This document shows positions 39,143 to 55,220 of a stretch of 64,000 nucleotides of DNA, one piece after another. Location of the stretch: positions 105,128-169,127 of the forward strand of contig NW_005434581.1 in NCBI RefSeq assembly GCF_000315625.1, in the 5' to 3' direction. The notes beneath the pieces are model-generated. The model made no database searches and was not told the DNA's origin. It was given only the letters and a program-made list of their open reading frames with translations. The translations under genes and the position numbers were made by a program. How positions within the stretch are numbered: the first letter of the stretch is position 1; each line of letters starts with the position of its first letter. The stretch is from Guillardia theta CCMP2712. Taxonomy: Eukaryota > Protista > Cryptophyta.

Positions 39143-41989
39143 CTATCTCTGAATGCTCCAGTTCGACCCGACCTTCGACAATTTTCCGATCACCCCCTGC
39201 AAGGACAGCTGACTTTTCAGCTGTGCGTCCCGAGCTGACGACAAGCTGGAGTCCAGCTGGGAGGAGTTGCCGGCGGTTGCAAGGGTATTGATGTCCTCGA
39301 TGCGGACGGCAGGCTGAAGGGAAGCAGCGCGCGCGAGGTCTCTGGCGACCACGGGGATGAGTCGATGCCCTACGTCGGAGGAGGGAGCCTGGTCGCTGTT
39401 TCCGCTGGAGGAGGGAGGATGAGTAGGCTGCTTCTGGTCCCCTCCTGCTCCTCCTGCTCCTCCTCCCTCAACAAACTTGAGCAGCTGCGCAAGGGAGACC
39501 CCGTGCTCTACCGTCGAAGGCTGGGAAGACGCCGCCTCGCTTCCTCCCTCTGCCTTGCCCCTGTCCTGCTGCAGCAGCTTCATGTTGTGGATCTTGCTCT
39601 TGTTCTCTGCTATCCATTGACCCACTGCATCCCAGCCATGCTCCCCCAGCGCCCCGTTAGAATCTTTGTACCCATCTAGCAGTACATCGTAGTGCCGTGC
39701 CCGAGCCGGGGCAGATGCTACGTGCGCAGCGGGAGCTCTAGAGCTCCTTGAGGCTCCGTTGCTCTTGTTCTTCTCCAGCGTCTTCTCTATGGAGCCGAGG
39801 ACGAAGGAGAGGTACTCCACCGCTTCCGCCAGCTCCCCCAGCTCAGACGAGTCGTGCTGCTTTCCCAGCTCAGACGAGTCGTGCTGCTCTCCCAGCTCCC
39901 CGAAGGATCTCGAGCTCCTTGTTGAGAACTCCAGCTGCGCCCCAGCTCGAAACCTGCTGGAAGTTTGCGAAGTCTCCCTCTTGTTCATGTCCGGGGTCAC
40001 CTCATGCTGGTCTGATGCTGGGCTGGTGCTGGGAAGTGTGAAGTCGGAGCTGATCCTTCCATCTCCCCCTCCTCCTCCCTGCGGCTTGCCGGGAGGCGTG
40101 ATGGCGGAAGCGGATGGAGCTGTTCCTGCTATAGCTACTCCTGCAACGGAAGGAGAGGAGGGAGGGGAGAGAGACTTGGAGGAGAAGCCGGCGCGGTTGA
40201 TCGCCTTGCGGAAGTCTCGGAGGACGCGGACAGAAGATTCCTGCTCTCTGAGCTTGATGTTATTCTGCCGCATCACCTGCTTCACAATTTCCTTCCATCG
40301 GATAATCGCCACCGTCGCGTTGGGGTCACTGAAGTCGCGCTCCACGTCCAGACTTATCCTCCGTTGCTTATCCACCTCCATCTCCATGTCTCCCCCGAAC
40401 TGCTTCAGGATACGGTCGAACTTGACGGTCGAGATGAACATGCATGTCACTGGAGCCACTGACCACAGCTCGATCTTGGGCTTCACTCCATCCTTGACAA
40501 GCAGCATGTCCTCGCCGAAGGAGTTCCCGGGGTGCAGCGTGGAGAGCGTGCGGCCGTTGGAGAGGACCATGATGGCGGTGCCGGTGACGACGAGGTAGAG
40601 TCCTTCGTGGTACTTGTCATTGTTTGCCTTGAAGATCGGGACGAGCTCGGGGAACGTCAGCTGGCTCATCGCGTCCCAGATCTGGATGACGAATCGCTCG
40701 ATCGCCTCGCTCTGGAGGTTGGCGAAGAGAGGTATGCCCATGAGCAGCGACTCGTGCAGCTTGACCCGAAGCTCGAACGCCATGGAGCTCGGGAGGACCC
40801 GGACAAGGTCATGCTCGTTGCGGAAGGTCACCGAGGTCTCATGCTTGAACCTCACCCAGCTGAGAACTCTTTTCTGCAGATCAGCAGGCACGTCCTTCTC
40901 CCTCAGGTAGTCCGTCACGCGGTTGAGGAGCGAGGAGAGGTCCCGGGCCTGCTGATTCATCTGCATGACAGCATCCTGGATCTCTGCTAGAAGAGCGCCG
41001 AAGGCGAGGGCTGCTATGTACGCCAGGACGATACAAATGATCCGCTCCTCGGAGTTAGTGGCAGAGATGTCTCCGAAGCCGATGGTGCTGAAGATGGTGA
41101 CCACGAAGTAGGTGGCTATGACGTACTTGTCGAGCAGGCACGGGCTCGAGAAGTAGTGGTCGCCGTTGCACGTGAAGACTCCGTTGTCCTCGAGGAAGAG
41201 AAGGACATCCTCGTAGCTGTTGGAGTGCTCCTTCACCAGCCAGAACATGGAGGCGGAAGCGTGCTCGATGAGGGCGATGACGAGTAGAACTTTGAGGATG
41301 CGGGTGATGTTGGAAGGCAGGCGAAACGATCGAAGAATCTTGGAGATGATACCCGAAGTCGGGACATCGCTCTCGAGCATGGAGATCGCTCTGAAGGTCC
41401 TCAGAATCTTGAGCAGCCTGACGGGCTTCAGCATCCTAACAAGCCTGAACGACTGATCCCCTCCTGTCCCCCCTCGCTCACAGGCTTTAAGGGTGGCGAG
41501 CTGCATCCAAGTCAGACAGGCATGGAGGAGGCGGAGGAAGAGAGAAGAGATCACCTCCACGTAGGAGGCAGGGATCGAAGTGATGAGGTCGAAGAAGAGA
41601 CTCCGCTGTACATACGACAGCAACACTCTGCCCAAGTCGTCGACATACTCGTTGTGGATGAAAGTGCCCGTTACAAAGTTCAGCAAGATCTCCAACAGGA
41701 AGAACGAGTCCACAAACACGTCAAAGTACAAGGTCGGCGTCTTCACGCACGAGTCTGCCGTCCAGAAGAAGCCGGCGGCAAACGCGCTGCCAACCGCGGA
41801 GTAGAGCAGGAGGACAGAGGAAATAATAGATGTCCCCTTTGTAAAGGGAGAGAAAGGATGGATCAGCCGCGAGTGCGCATACGTCTCGCCCTCCTCCCCG
41901 ATCCCAAACCATCTCGTTTGCCATTTCTGGTACTTGAAAGATTTCATCACCCGATGGAGAAGCGCATGGTGGAGTTGGTTCCCTTCCAC
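39143..41989 (-). CDS. Voltage-gated K+ channel of the KCNH/HCN/CNG superfamily with a cNMP-binding homology domain
   Basis: IHPFSPF pre-S1, FFDLITSIP (S3), S4 FRLVRMLKPVRLLKILRTFR, pore YFVVTIFSTIGFGDI, C-linker, YLVVTG..GNSFGE; probable short in-frame intron at ~41503-41555. Confidence 0.93.
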   Translation of the reverse strand: MEGNQLHHALLHRVMKSFKYQKWQTRWFGIGEEGETYAHSRLIHPFSPFTKGTSIISSVLLLYSAVGSAFAAGFFWTADSCVKTPTLYFDVFVDSFFLLEILLNFVTGTFIHNEYVDDLGRVLLSYVQRSLFFDLITSIPASYVEVISSLFLRLLHACLTWMQLATLKACERGGTGGDQSFRLVRMLKPVRLLKILRTFRAISMLESDVPTSGIISKILRSFRLPSNITRILKVLLVIALIEHASASMFWLVKEHSNSYEDVLLFLEDNGVFTCNGDHYFSSPCLLDKYVIATYFVVTIFSTIGFGDISATNSEERIICIVLAYIAALAFGALLAEIQDAVMQMNQQARDLSSLLNRVTDYLREKDVPADLQKRVLSWVRFKHETSVTFRNEHDLVRVLPSSMAFELRVKLHESLLMGIPLFANLQSEAIERFVIQIWDAMSQLTFPELVPIFKANNDKYHEGLYLVVTGTAIMVLSNGRTLSTLHPGNSFGEDMLLVKDGVKPKIELWSVAPVTCMFISTVKFDRILKQFGGDMEMEVDKQRRISLDVERDFSDPNATVAIIRWKEIVKQVMRQNNIKLREQESSVRVLRDFRKAINRAGFSSKSLSPPSSPSVAGVAIAGTAPSASAITPPGKPQGGGGGDGRISSDFTLPSTSPASDQHEVTPDMNKRETSQTSSRFRAGAQLEFSTRSSRSFGELGEQHDSSELGKQHDSSELGELAEAVEYLSFVLGSIEKTLEKNKSNGASRSSRAPAAHVASAPARARHYDVLLDGYKDSNGALGEHGWDAVGQWIAENKSKIHNMKLLQQDRGKAEGGSEAASSQPSTVEHGVSLAQLLKFVEGGGAGGAGGDQKQPTHPPSSSGNSDQAPSSDVGHRLIPVVARDLARAASLQPAVRIEDINTLATAGNSSQLDSSLSSARDAQLKSQLSLQGVIGKLSKVGSNWSIQR

Positions 41990-42399
41990 AAGGTGGATCC
42001 TTCAAAGGGCCAGGAGTCACTGAAAGAAGTACCCGAGGAAGGCAGGAGCTACGTACCCGATGCTTGTGCTCTCACCGCCATTCCCATGCTGACTGACATC
42101 CTTGTCTTTGTTTGCCGCCCGAATCCGAGGCTTTTTGATCGCACCTCCTCGTCCCATCTTCTCAGATGCGATCAGGCGGTGATAGCGCAACTACAGACAG
42201 AGCACCGCTTCTTTGCTATCTCGAGGGTACACACATACACACGAGTAATTTGGCCTGCAATGAACCAAGTTAATCCAAAAATCTTCGTGTTTTCTATCAT
42301 GGTAAACAGTTCCCTCTCATCAGAACAGTCTCGTGTGTTTCTCATTTCGATCAGATGCTTCTGTTCTCTCGCACTCCTAAACCAGCAATATCCTCATCT

Positions 42400-42830
42400 C
42401 CACCGTCTCTCTCTTCCTCTCGTCTTCTCTCTCCTGTCTCCTGTCTTCTCTCCTCTCCTCTCCTCTCCTCTCCTCTCCTCTCCTCTCCTCTCCTCTCCTC
42501 TCCTCTCTCACCTCCTCTCCTCTCCCCTCTCCTCTTTCCTCTCTCCTCTCCTTTCCTCTCTCGTCTCCTCTCCTCTCCTCTCTGTTCTCTGTTCTCTGTT
42601 CTCTGTTCTCTGCTCTCTGCTCTCTGCTCTCTGCTCTCTGCTCTCCTTTCCTCTCTCCTCTGCTCTCTCCTCTCTCCTCTCTTCTCTGCTCTCTCCTCTG
42701 CTCTCTGTTCTCTGCTCTCTGCTCTCCTCTCTCCTCTCTCCTCTCTTCTCTGCTCTCTCCTCTCTTCTCTCTTCTCTCTTCTCTCCTCTCTCTTCTCTCT
42801 CCTCTCCTCTCTCCTCTCTTCTCTTTCCTC
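42400..42830. repeat. Polypyrimidine CTCTC/CTCTGCT compound repeat
   Basis: Low-complexity tract upstream of the channel gene. Confidence 0.92.
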
Positions 42831-43699
42831 ACTTGGCTTCCTGCAGTAGTCAAATCACATATCTAGTCCTCAACGAACCGTCTCACTACCCCCCACCCCC
42901 CCTACCCCCATTCAGTACCCCTTTTATTTCTGTCTCGTTCCGTGGGTGAGCAAGGACAACCCCTACCCCTCAAAGTCAACTTTCTATTATGCTATTCCTA
43001 CAGGGGGTGGGGTAGTGGTGAAAAAGTACCCACATGTTTTACCGTCATGTTCCTATGAAAAACCACCACCCCCACCCCCTCCACCCCCACCAACTTCTCA
43101 AGTTAATAAAGGACCCACCCCCCCTTTCCGACCGATAACAGGCCTGAATGGTCCCGACCTTACCACCCCCCCTTGTCCCCTCTAGTACATATCGAGGACC
43201 GGGTACCCAGCGGATCAACCGTGACCAGTCATTGTGGCAATGGCCCGGCAGTTTATCGCACAGGACTTGGCAGTGTAGTGTAGTTGCGGGTGCGACGATG
43301 GTGAACATGAACAAAGACTCGTCGAAACATGCCTACACTGTTGATGTGCGACTATGTTGCTCCCCGGGATGTGAGTCAAGCATGTCCATGGCCTCGATCG
43401 GTAGTCTGTTTGCGTTTACGATGGAAGACTGAACCCATGTGTGGGGGTTCATGTTTTACATGACTAAATGTTGTTCGTGTCTTTACTGAATGTTGTTTAT
43501 GTCTTGACTGAAGATCATACAGAGATCTCAAACTCTGAGTAATCCAAAGAGGATATGTCAGATATTCCCCAAGCTTCTAAGTTGCTCGAGAAATCTTTTA
43601 TCATTTCATGTGTTAGATTCCCTTGCACTTTGCAATGTAGCGATTGTTCTGATAAATCTCTCTGCCTTTTCTTTTATAGCACTACTATGAATAGGAGTA

Positions 43700-45844
43700 A
43701 TATTCTATCGAATGCTTTGTTCCCTGACGATGTTGCATTTCGTAATCAGTGGAGAATTCAGTTCCTTCATGAACTCTCGATCCGCACAAGGAGGCGCCTT
43801 CCGATCTTTGGTCCTGTCTGATCATATTCTTCACCATCTCTGAGTTTATTGTGTTGTTGAGAGATAAACACGCCTTGTCCCTCACAGCTCCTGATCTGAC
43901 TTCGACCTTTCCACCTTGACAAAGTACATCCATGCGTTGGCTGACAGGGTCTTGGTGAGTTAGTTCAGGTGCAGCAGCGTGCGATAGGACATGGTTGAAC
44001 CATGTTGTAGTGCTGCAGAGGTAGGAGGCGACTTGTGCTCGAGAGTTTACTTCTTGTTCTCTTCTTTGATGGGGTTGTAGAATTGTTCCACCTCTCCCTT
44101 CTCAATCCTCTCCAAAAATCCAGCCCAGTCCTCTTGCATCACTATGATCCGACCCTCCTCCTCATCTTCGTTTCCTCGCCTGCCGTTTGCTCCGTCAGGA
44201 ACCTTTCCTCCTCCTCCATCACCAACTCCTCCCTCCTCCTCCCTCCCCTTCCTGCTACTCCACCAATGTTCTCCCTGCTGCTCTTCCTCCGTCTCACCCG
44301 TCAATGAACTTGTAGCGGATCCTCTTCGCATGCATCATCGTCTCCGTAGCCCTTCGGATCTGAAGCAGATGATGAGACAAAGATGCCCGAGGGCTGCAGG
44401 CGAGGAGGTAGGAAGGAGAGAGCAGAACAGACCTTGTTGCTCTTCAGCGCGTATGTGAGCGGCTTGCCAGTGATGATGATGAGGTCCCTGCTGCCGTCGT
44501 TGCGGGGATGCCTGAGGATCCACTCGACGGCCGTGATCGCGTCGGCGACCGCCATACCATGAAGGTCAAGGACGAACTGCAGCGGGTGAGGAGGGCAGGA
44601 GGAGCCTTGAGATCTAACCTCTCTCTTCTTGATCTCGAGGCAGTTTGCGTAGGGAGCAATCGCGTTGGAGTGCGCCATCTTCACTGCGTCGTGAGCTTCA
44701 CGTGCTAGGGGACATCAGGGTTCACCTGGAAAACGTCGACAGCGTCCCTGAACGCGTGCACTCCCACCAGGCGGGTGATGAGGGTGGTGATGTAAATCTG
44801 AACGAGGAAAGCTTGAGGGGCGGGAGCGACAGAAGTGCGAGGGGGAAAGGGAAATTCAAGGATAGGAATGCGAGTATGATGGTGACGATTATGATTATGA
44901 TTATGATTATGATTATGATTATGATTATGATTATGATGATGATATGACTGATTACGATGAGAATGATTGTGACAATGATAATGATTGTGACAATGACGAT
45001 GACAAGAATCATGACGAGGATAGGAGAAGCAGCATACCATGTCGGGGATGATAGCCTCTGCCCTCATCTGCTTATCAATCTCCTTGAGGACCTACAAGGG
45101 CAGTCAAGTACAACTGGTGCATCTTGACCTTCCCCCACCATCGGCGTGTTCGACCCCAAGTCAACTTGAGAGACGAGGATGGTGTATGTGATCCGATCAG
45201 GAGGCAGGCTAACTCCCTGCTCTTGCGCGGTCAGGAGATTTTCTTGTCTGCCCTGAACTCATCGCTCACCTCATCTGAGAGTGTCCTCAGCCTCTTCAGC
45301 AGGTCTGCCGCCTTCCCCTCCGTCGTGTAGCTGTATCATCACCGAGTCAGGGGAGGGGATGCATGGACACAGCAAGAGAGGTCAGGAAGGGAAGCACACA
45401 AGGAACGCGAGTGAGTCAGTGAGAGGAGAGAGGGAGAGGAGGGAGAGGAGGGAGGGATGGAGGAAGAGGAGGGAGGGAGGGAGGGAGAGGAGGGAGGAAG
45501 AGAGAGGATGGAGGAAGAGGAGGGAGGGAGGGAGGGAGGAAGAGAGAGGATGGAGGAAGAGGAGGGAGGGAGGGAGGGAGGGGAGAGAAGGAGGACGCTT
45601 CTCAGGCTCACAGGTAGCAGCCGTTGAGAGTTGCGTTGAAGGCATCCAGCACATTCTTCTTCGATATTGATATCTTTCTCTCACCCTCCTCGCCTTGATT
45701 CATGAACCACCTCCTCTGCTCGCACATCTTCTCTAGATATTTCTCGGCTTCTTCTACCTGCCCCGAGCGAGCAAACGCGTCGATTATGACGGAGTAACAC
45801 CTGCCGTCCAGCTGGAAAACATTCGATCACAATGATTGCTTTCT

Positions 45845-45876
<32 letters not shown>

Positions 45877-47110
45877 GACCATGACCATCATCATCACCAC
45901 CACCACCATCACCACCCATTTCACTTTCACCATCACAACCACCATCATAGACGTCATCATCGTGATCATCAACACATCATCTTCCATTTCCCCCTCCTCC
46001 GCTATTTTCTCTCCCATGGCTCACCCGCAGGTTGCTCGTTTTCAGTTCCTCGATGTAGGATACTGCCTCCTTGAGCATCCCTCTCTTGTTATACGCCTCG
46101 ATCAAGATAGTGTACGTGGTGCAGTCCGTTACCTGCCATCAACACAGACACGTGAGCTGGAGAGAGTTCCCTGTTGAAATGCGCGAGGAGAGCAAACACA
46201 ACAAACTTCTCACCCATTTGTTCTCCTGGATCTGTTTGTAGAGGGCGGCAAAATCTTCCAACGACGAGATCTTGTCCGTCACCGACAACATCGCGTTCAC
46301 CATCACGTGGTCCGGTTTGTGGCCCTCTTCCAAGAAGCTGTTCCACAGCTCCTTGACCTTCTCTACGTCTCCGCTCCTCCCGTACAGATCCACCAGGTTG
46401 GTGAAGATGGGAGGCACGAAAAGGAACCCGTTAGCTGCTACCTCCTCTACCAGCTTCTCCGCTCTTGCCATGTCCATCCGCTTTGCGCAGGCATCGATGA
46501 GGCTCGAGTAGATCACCTCATTCGTCTTCAGCCCCTGCTCCTTCATCCTCCTCCATGCTGAGAACACGTCTTCTAGCCGACCATGCTTGTGGTACCCGTC
46601 GATCAAGATGCCATGCGTCACCTCGTTCGGCTCGACACCTTTGGCGCGCATGGCAGTGAAAAGCTTCTCTGCCGCGCTCATGTTGCCGGCCTTTACTTCG
46701 CTCTTGATCATGGAGGTGTAGGTCACGACGTCGGGCGTCAGCTCCATCTTGTTTAGGGTCTCCCAGAGCTCGCGGCTCTCCCTGATTAACCTGCTGGAGG
46801 AGATCATGAGGTTGAAGTGAAAGATGTTGGCAGTCTTGTTGGCCAGCATGCCCCTGAAGAACTTCTTCTTCTCCTCCCCCTTCAGATCTCGGAGGGTCGC
46901 GAACAGTTTTCGTTCCTCCACCTCCTTGCTCCATTTCCGGTTCTTTGCTTCATTCGACGATGCCTCCTCTGCAGAAGGCAGGGACGCCATCGAGCGCGTC
47001 CTTACCGCCTGCATTCTTCTTCCCTGCACTCCTGGCGCCGCTGCATGGACGGTCTTCCATGACCAGTAGAGCGCCTGACTGCTGCGACGCAGCAGCATGG
47101 AGGACTGCAT
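43700..47110 (-). CDS. Pentatricopeptide repeat protein with C-terminal SMR domain (PPR-SMR), probably organelle (mitochondrion)-targeted; 3' end uncertain
   Basis: Tandem 35-aa repeats PDVVTYTSMIK, PNEVTHGILIDGY, NEVIYSSLIDAC, FTNLVDLYGRSG; SMR motif LDLHGMAVADA..LIIITGK at ~44465-44580; Arg/Ser-rich N-terminus. Confidence 0.9.
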
Positions 47111-47643
47111 GCTCGGAGGACGGGGCAGGCAGGGTCACATGCGGACGCTTTCGGGGGTACTAAAAGTTCCTTTATGTCGTTTTCCTAGTAACTGCTGCTG
47201 CCCTCTCAGTCTTGCTAATGGCCCTAAAAATAAAACTTGAATGCAGCCGCGCCGCGAGCGCCGGGCGCACTGGGCCGGCCCGCTGAGTGCCCGGGCCCGG
47301 CTCGCATGGGCCCCCAGGACCGTGACTGCAGGCTGATTACTTTGCCAAGTTGGCCTAATGCCGCAGTGCGGCGGAGTCGATCGATCAGACAGACTCACTT
47401 CTTGGATCGGATGAGTCGATGACACGGTCAGTGATAGTCAGCCTGTGAGACTCACACTCGCCACTGGGCCGCATGACTCTGTGATAACCGGGCGCTCAGC
47501 CGCTACCGTCGGAGACTCTGATCGGACCGTACGGCCCGCCGCCCGCCGCCGCTCGGCAGGTCCGGAGCCGCCCTGGCACGGTGGGACGCCGGGAAAGAGG
47601 AGTGGAAGTCACTCAGTTTACAGCACAAGGAGTTGCTGCTGGC

Positions 47644-53072
<5,429 letters not shown>

Positions 53073-53319
53073 GCTTGATCCAGGATCTAATCAAAAGTCA
53101 ATGTGATTGTTCAGAATGCTCGACTATCTCCTATTTCATCGTCGAGCACACCCTTCAGATCAGATTCCTGCAGCTCACTCGGAGTTCACGTACCCGATTC
53201 TTCCTGACTTTGATTTCTGCGTGCTGCCTCCAATTATCCACATCCCCTGCCTCTCTGTCTCCCTCCTCGTCTTCATGCTCAGAGGCTCTGCTCCCTTGTC
53301 TTCCCGGGCTCTCTGCATA

Positions 53320-53456
<137 letters not shown>

Positions 53457-53592
53457 CACCTATCCTCCCCTCTCCTCGGAACCGCCATGTTCGCATATTT
53501 CGCGCCAGTCTCTGCCCTTCTCACAAACTCGGGAATGGTGGCGGGGATGAGGGCTTTTCGGTCATAGCGGGGATGAGGTATTTATAAACACT

Positions 53593-53832
53593 TATAGTCA
53601 ATCTTTGTCAACACAATATCTTCTATAGTCAATTTTTACCTAATGGCCGTAGAAAGTCTTCTAGTCAATCTATAATGTTGATACTGGGTCCTTTTGTCAA
53701 AGCAATAGGCCGTAGAAGTATTATAGTCAATGTATTTGTACTGCAAGAACCTGTCCATAGTCAATATTACTTATCCGAATAGATAGCCTTATAGTCAACA
53801 GTCTTATCTCACCACACCGCCCCTATAGTCAA
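53593..53832. repeat. Phased array of eight TATAGTCAA-like 9-mers with mostly unique AT-rich spacers
   Basis: Copies start at 53593, 53624, 53660 (TCTAGTCAA), 53692 (TTTTGTCAA), 53722, 53756 (CATAGTCAA), 53790 and 53824; start-to-start spacing 30-36 bp. Confidence 0.85.
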
Positions 53833-53843
53833 GCAGCTACAAG

Positions 53844-54560
53844 ATGGCGCGAGGAACGGAGGGGACGGAGGAGCTCGAGGCTGCGGCGAAGGAGCTCGAG
53901 GCCTCGCTCGTCGCTCTCAGCCCCCCCAACCATCCCTCCAAGGTCAACTCCTCCTCCTCCTCTCCCGCTCCCTCTCCCGCTCCCTCTCCCTCCCTTGTTC
54001 CTCTTCGATTTGTTTATAGCATCCCTTGCCCTCGCCCGCTGTCTTGGCTGCTCCTTGTCTCTCAGCGTCCTGTCCTGCTGGCTCGACCCCATGCCTGATG
54101 GGTCTAGATGTGCGGCTGGAGTCCGATGCCGAGGAGAGAGCATGGCAGCCCTGCCGAAGCCTCGTGCGCGTGATCAGTCCTCAAACCTCTCTAAACTGAT
54201 GCGGGCGGGACGAGAGGAGGGAGAGGGGTGGGAGGCGGCAGGAGGTCTGACAGAGGAGCAGGCACAGCTGAAGAAAGCAGAGGCGCTGGCGGAGAAGGGG
54301 CAGGCGATCGCGCAGAGGACAGGACAGTGGCTGAAGAAGCGACTGAGCGACCGAAACCTGGACCGAGGGGAGCGAGCGGAACTGGAGAGCATCGGGAGGC
54401 GGTTTGAAGCGGCAGGAAGGAGGTTCGAGGAGGTGTCAAGGAAGGTGAGAGAGGGGAAGAGAAGACGGAGAGAGAGGGAGAGAAGGAGGAAGAAGACACA
54501 GACGCGACAGTGGGAAGGGTGTAAGGGGCTTGACGCAGGTGCTGGGAATATGCAAGCAAC
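53844..54560 (+). CDS. Helical protein, possibly a syntaxin (Qa-SNARE) N-terminal Habc-like region; truncated by a gap
   Basis: ATG at 53844 with spliceable exons; amphipathic helices LKKAEALAEKGQAIAQRTGQWLKK..ERAELESIGRRFEAAGRRFEEVSRK; SNARE motif and TM not visible. Confidence 0.35.
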
Positions 54561-55121
54561 NNNNNNNNNNNNNNNNNNNNNNNNNNNNNNNNNNNNNNNN
54601 NNNNNNNNNNNNNNNNNNNNNNNNNNNNNNNNNNNNNNNNNNNNNNNNNNNNNNNNNNNNGGGGGGGGGGGAGTATGAGAAGGAGGAAGAGGTCATATCA
54701 TAGCTCATGGGGATGCTTTTGTAGGTGAGCTGGATCATCGGGCCCTTGACGCATTGATCATCGGCGATACGATGCGAAAATGTCTTAGCAGTTGTCCCGT
54801 GTAACTCTTCTGTTTGTTTAACCATTGGTCCTGCCAACTATATATCATAAACTCCTCATTCACGCAAACGGATCGACTCGAACTTGTGAATCAGTAACTT
54901 GCAAGTTTGCTCCGACCGGCGAGGCACAACTGCCGCGCCCGGTTTCAAGGCTGACAGACCGGGCCCCCCGCACGTAGTAGTGACTCTGTAGTCACGGTGA
55001 CTATCAGTGACTACCAGGGCCGGCCGGGCCCCCGGCCTGACACCCGGGAGGCTCCGAGGCTACCGGCGTGGCATGACTCCGAGTCCGACTCAGCCTGACC
55101 GCCACTGGCTATTCAGGGCCT

Positions 55122-55141
55122 TTTACTCAAAGTTAAGTTAA
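55122..55141 (+). promoter_or_regulatory. Recurrent intergenic motif TTTACTCAAAGTTAAGTTAA (copy 3)
   Basis: About 80 bp upstream of the MRI1 ATG; identical to 8865-8884. Confidence 0.6.
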
Positions 55142-55220
55142 AAACAGTACGAGGACAGGCTGAGGCAAAAAAATCCTTTACAGTTTCTTTCTTTCCTCGT
55201 AATAAAGAGATCCGCCAAAC

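Noticed and set aside
41522-42949. 475-aa plus-strand ORF
   Set aside because: Antisense to the channel gene, then runs through a CT microsatellite that lacks stop codons
43239-43432. Short plus-strand ORF between the channel and PPR genes
   Set aside because: No homology cues and no convincing splice model
53593-53832. CRISPR array interpretation of the repeat-spacer pattern
   Set aside because: The repeat is only 9 nt, imperfect and non-palindromic; there are no cas genes; the context is eukaryotic and intron-containing
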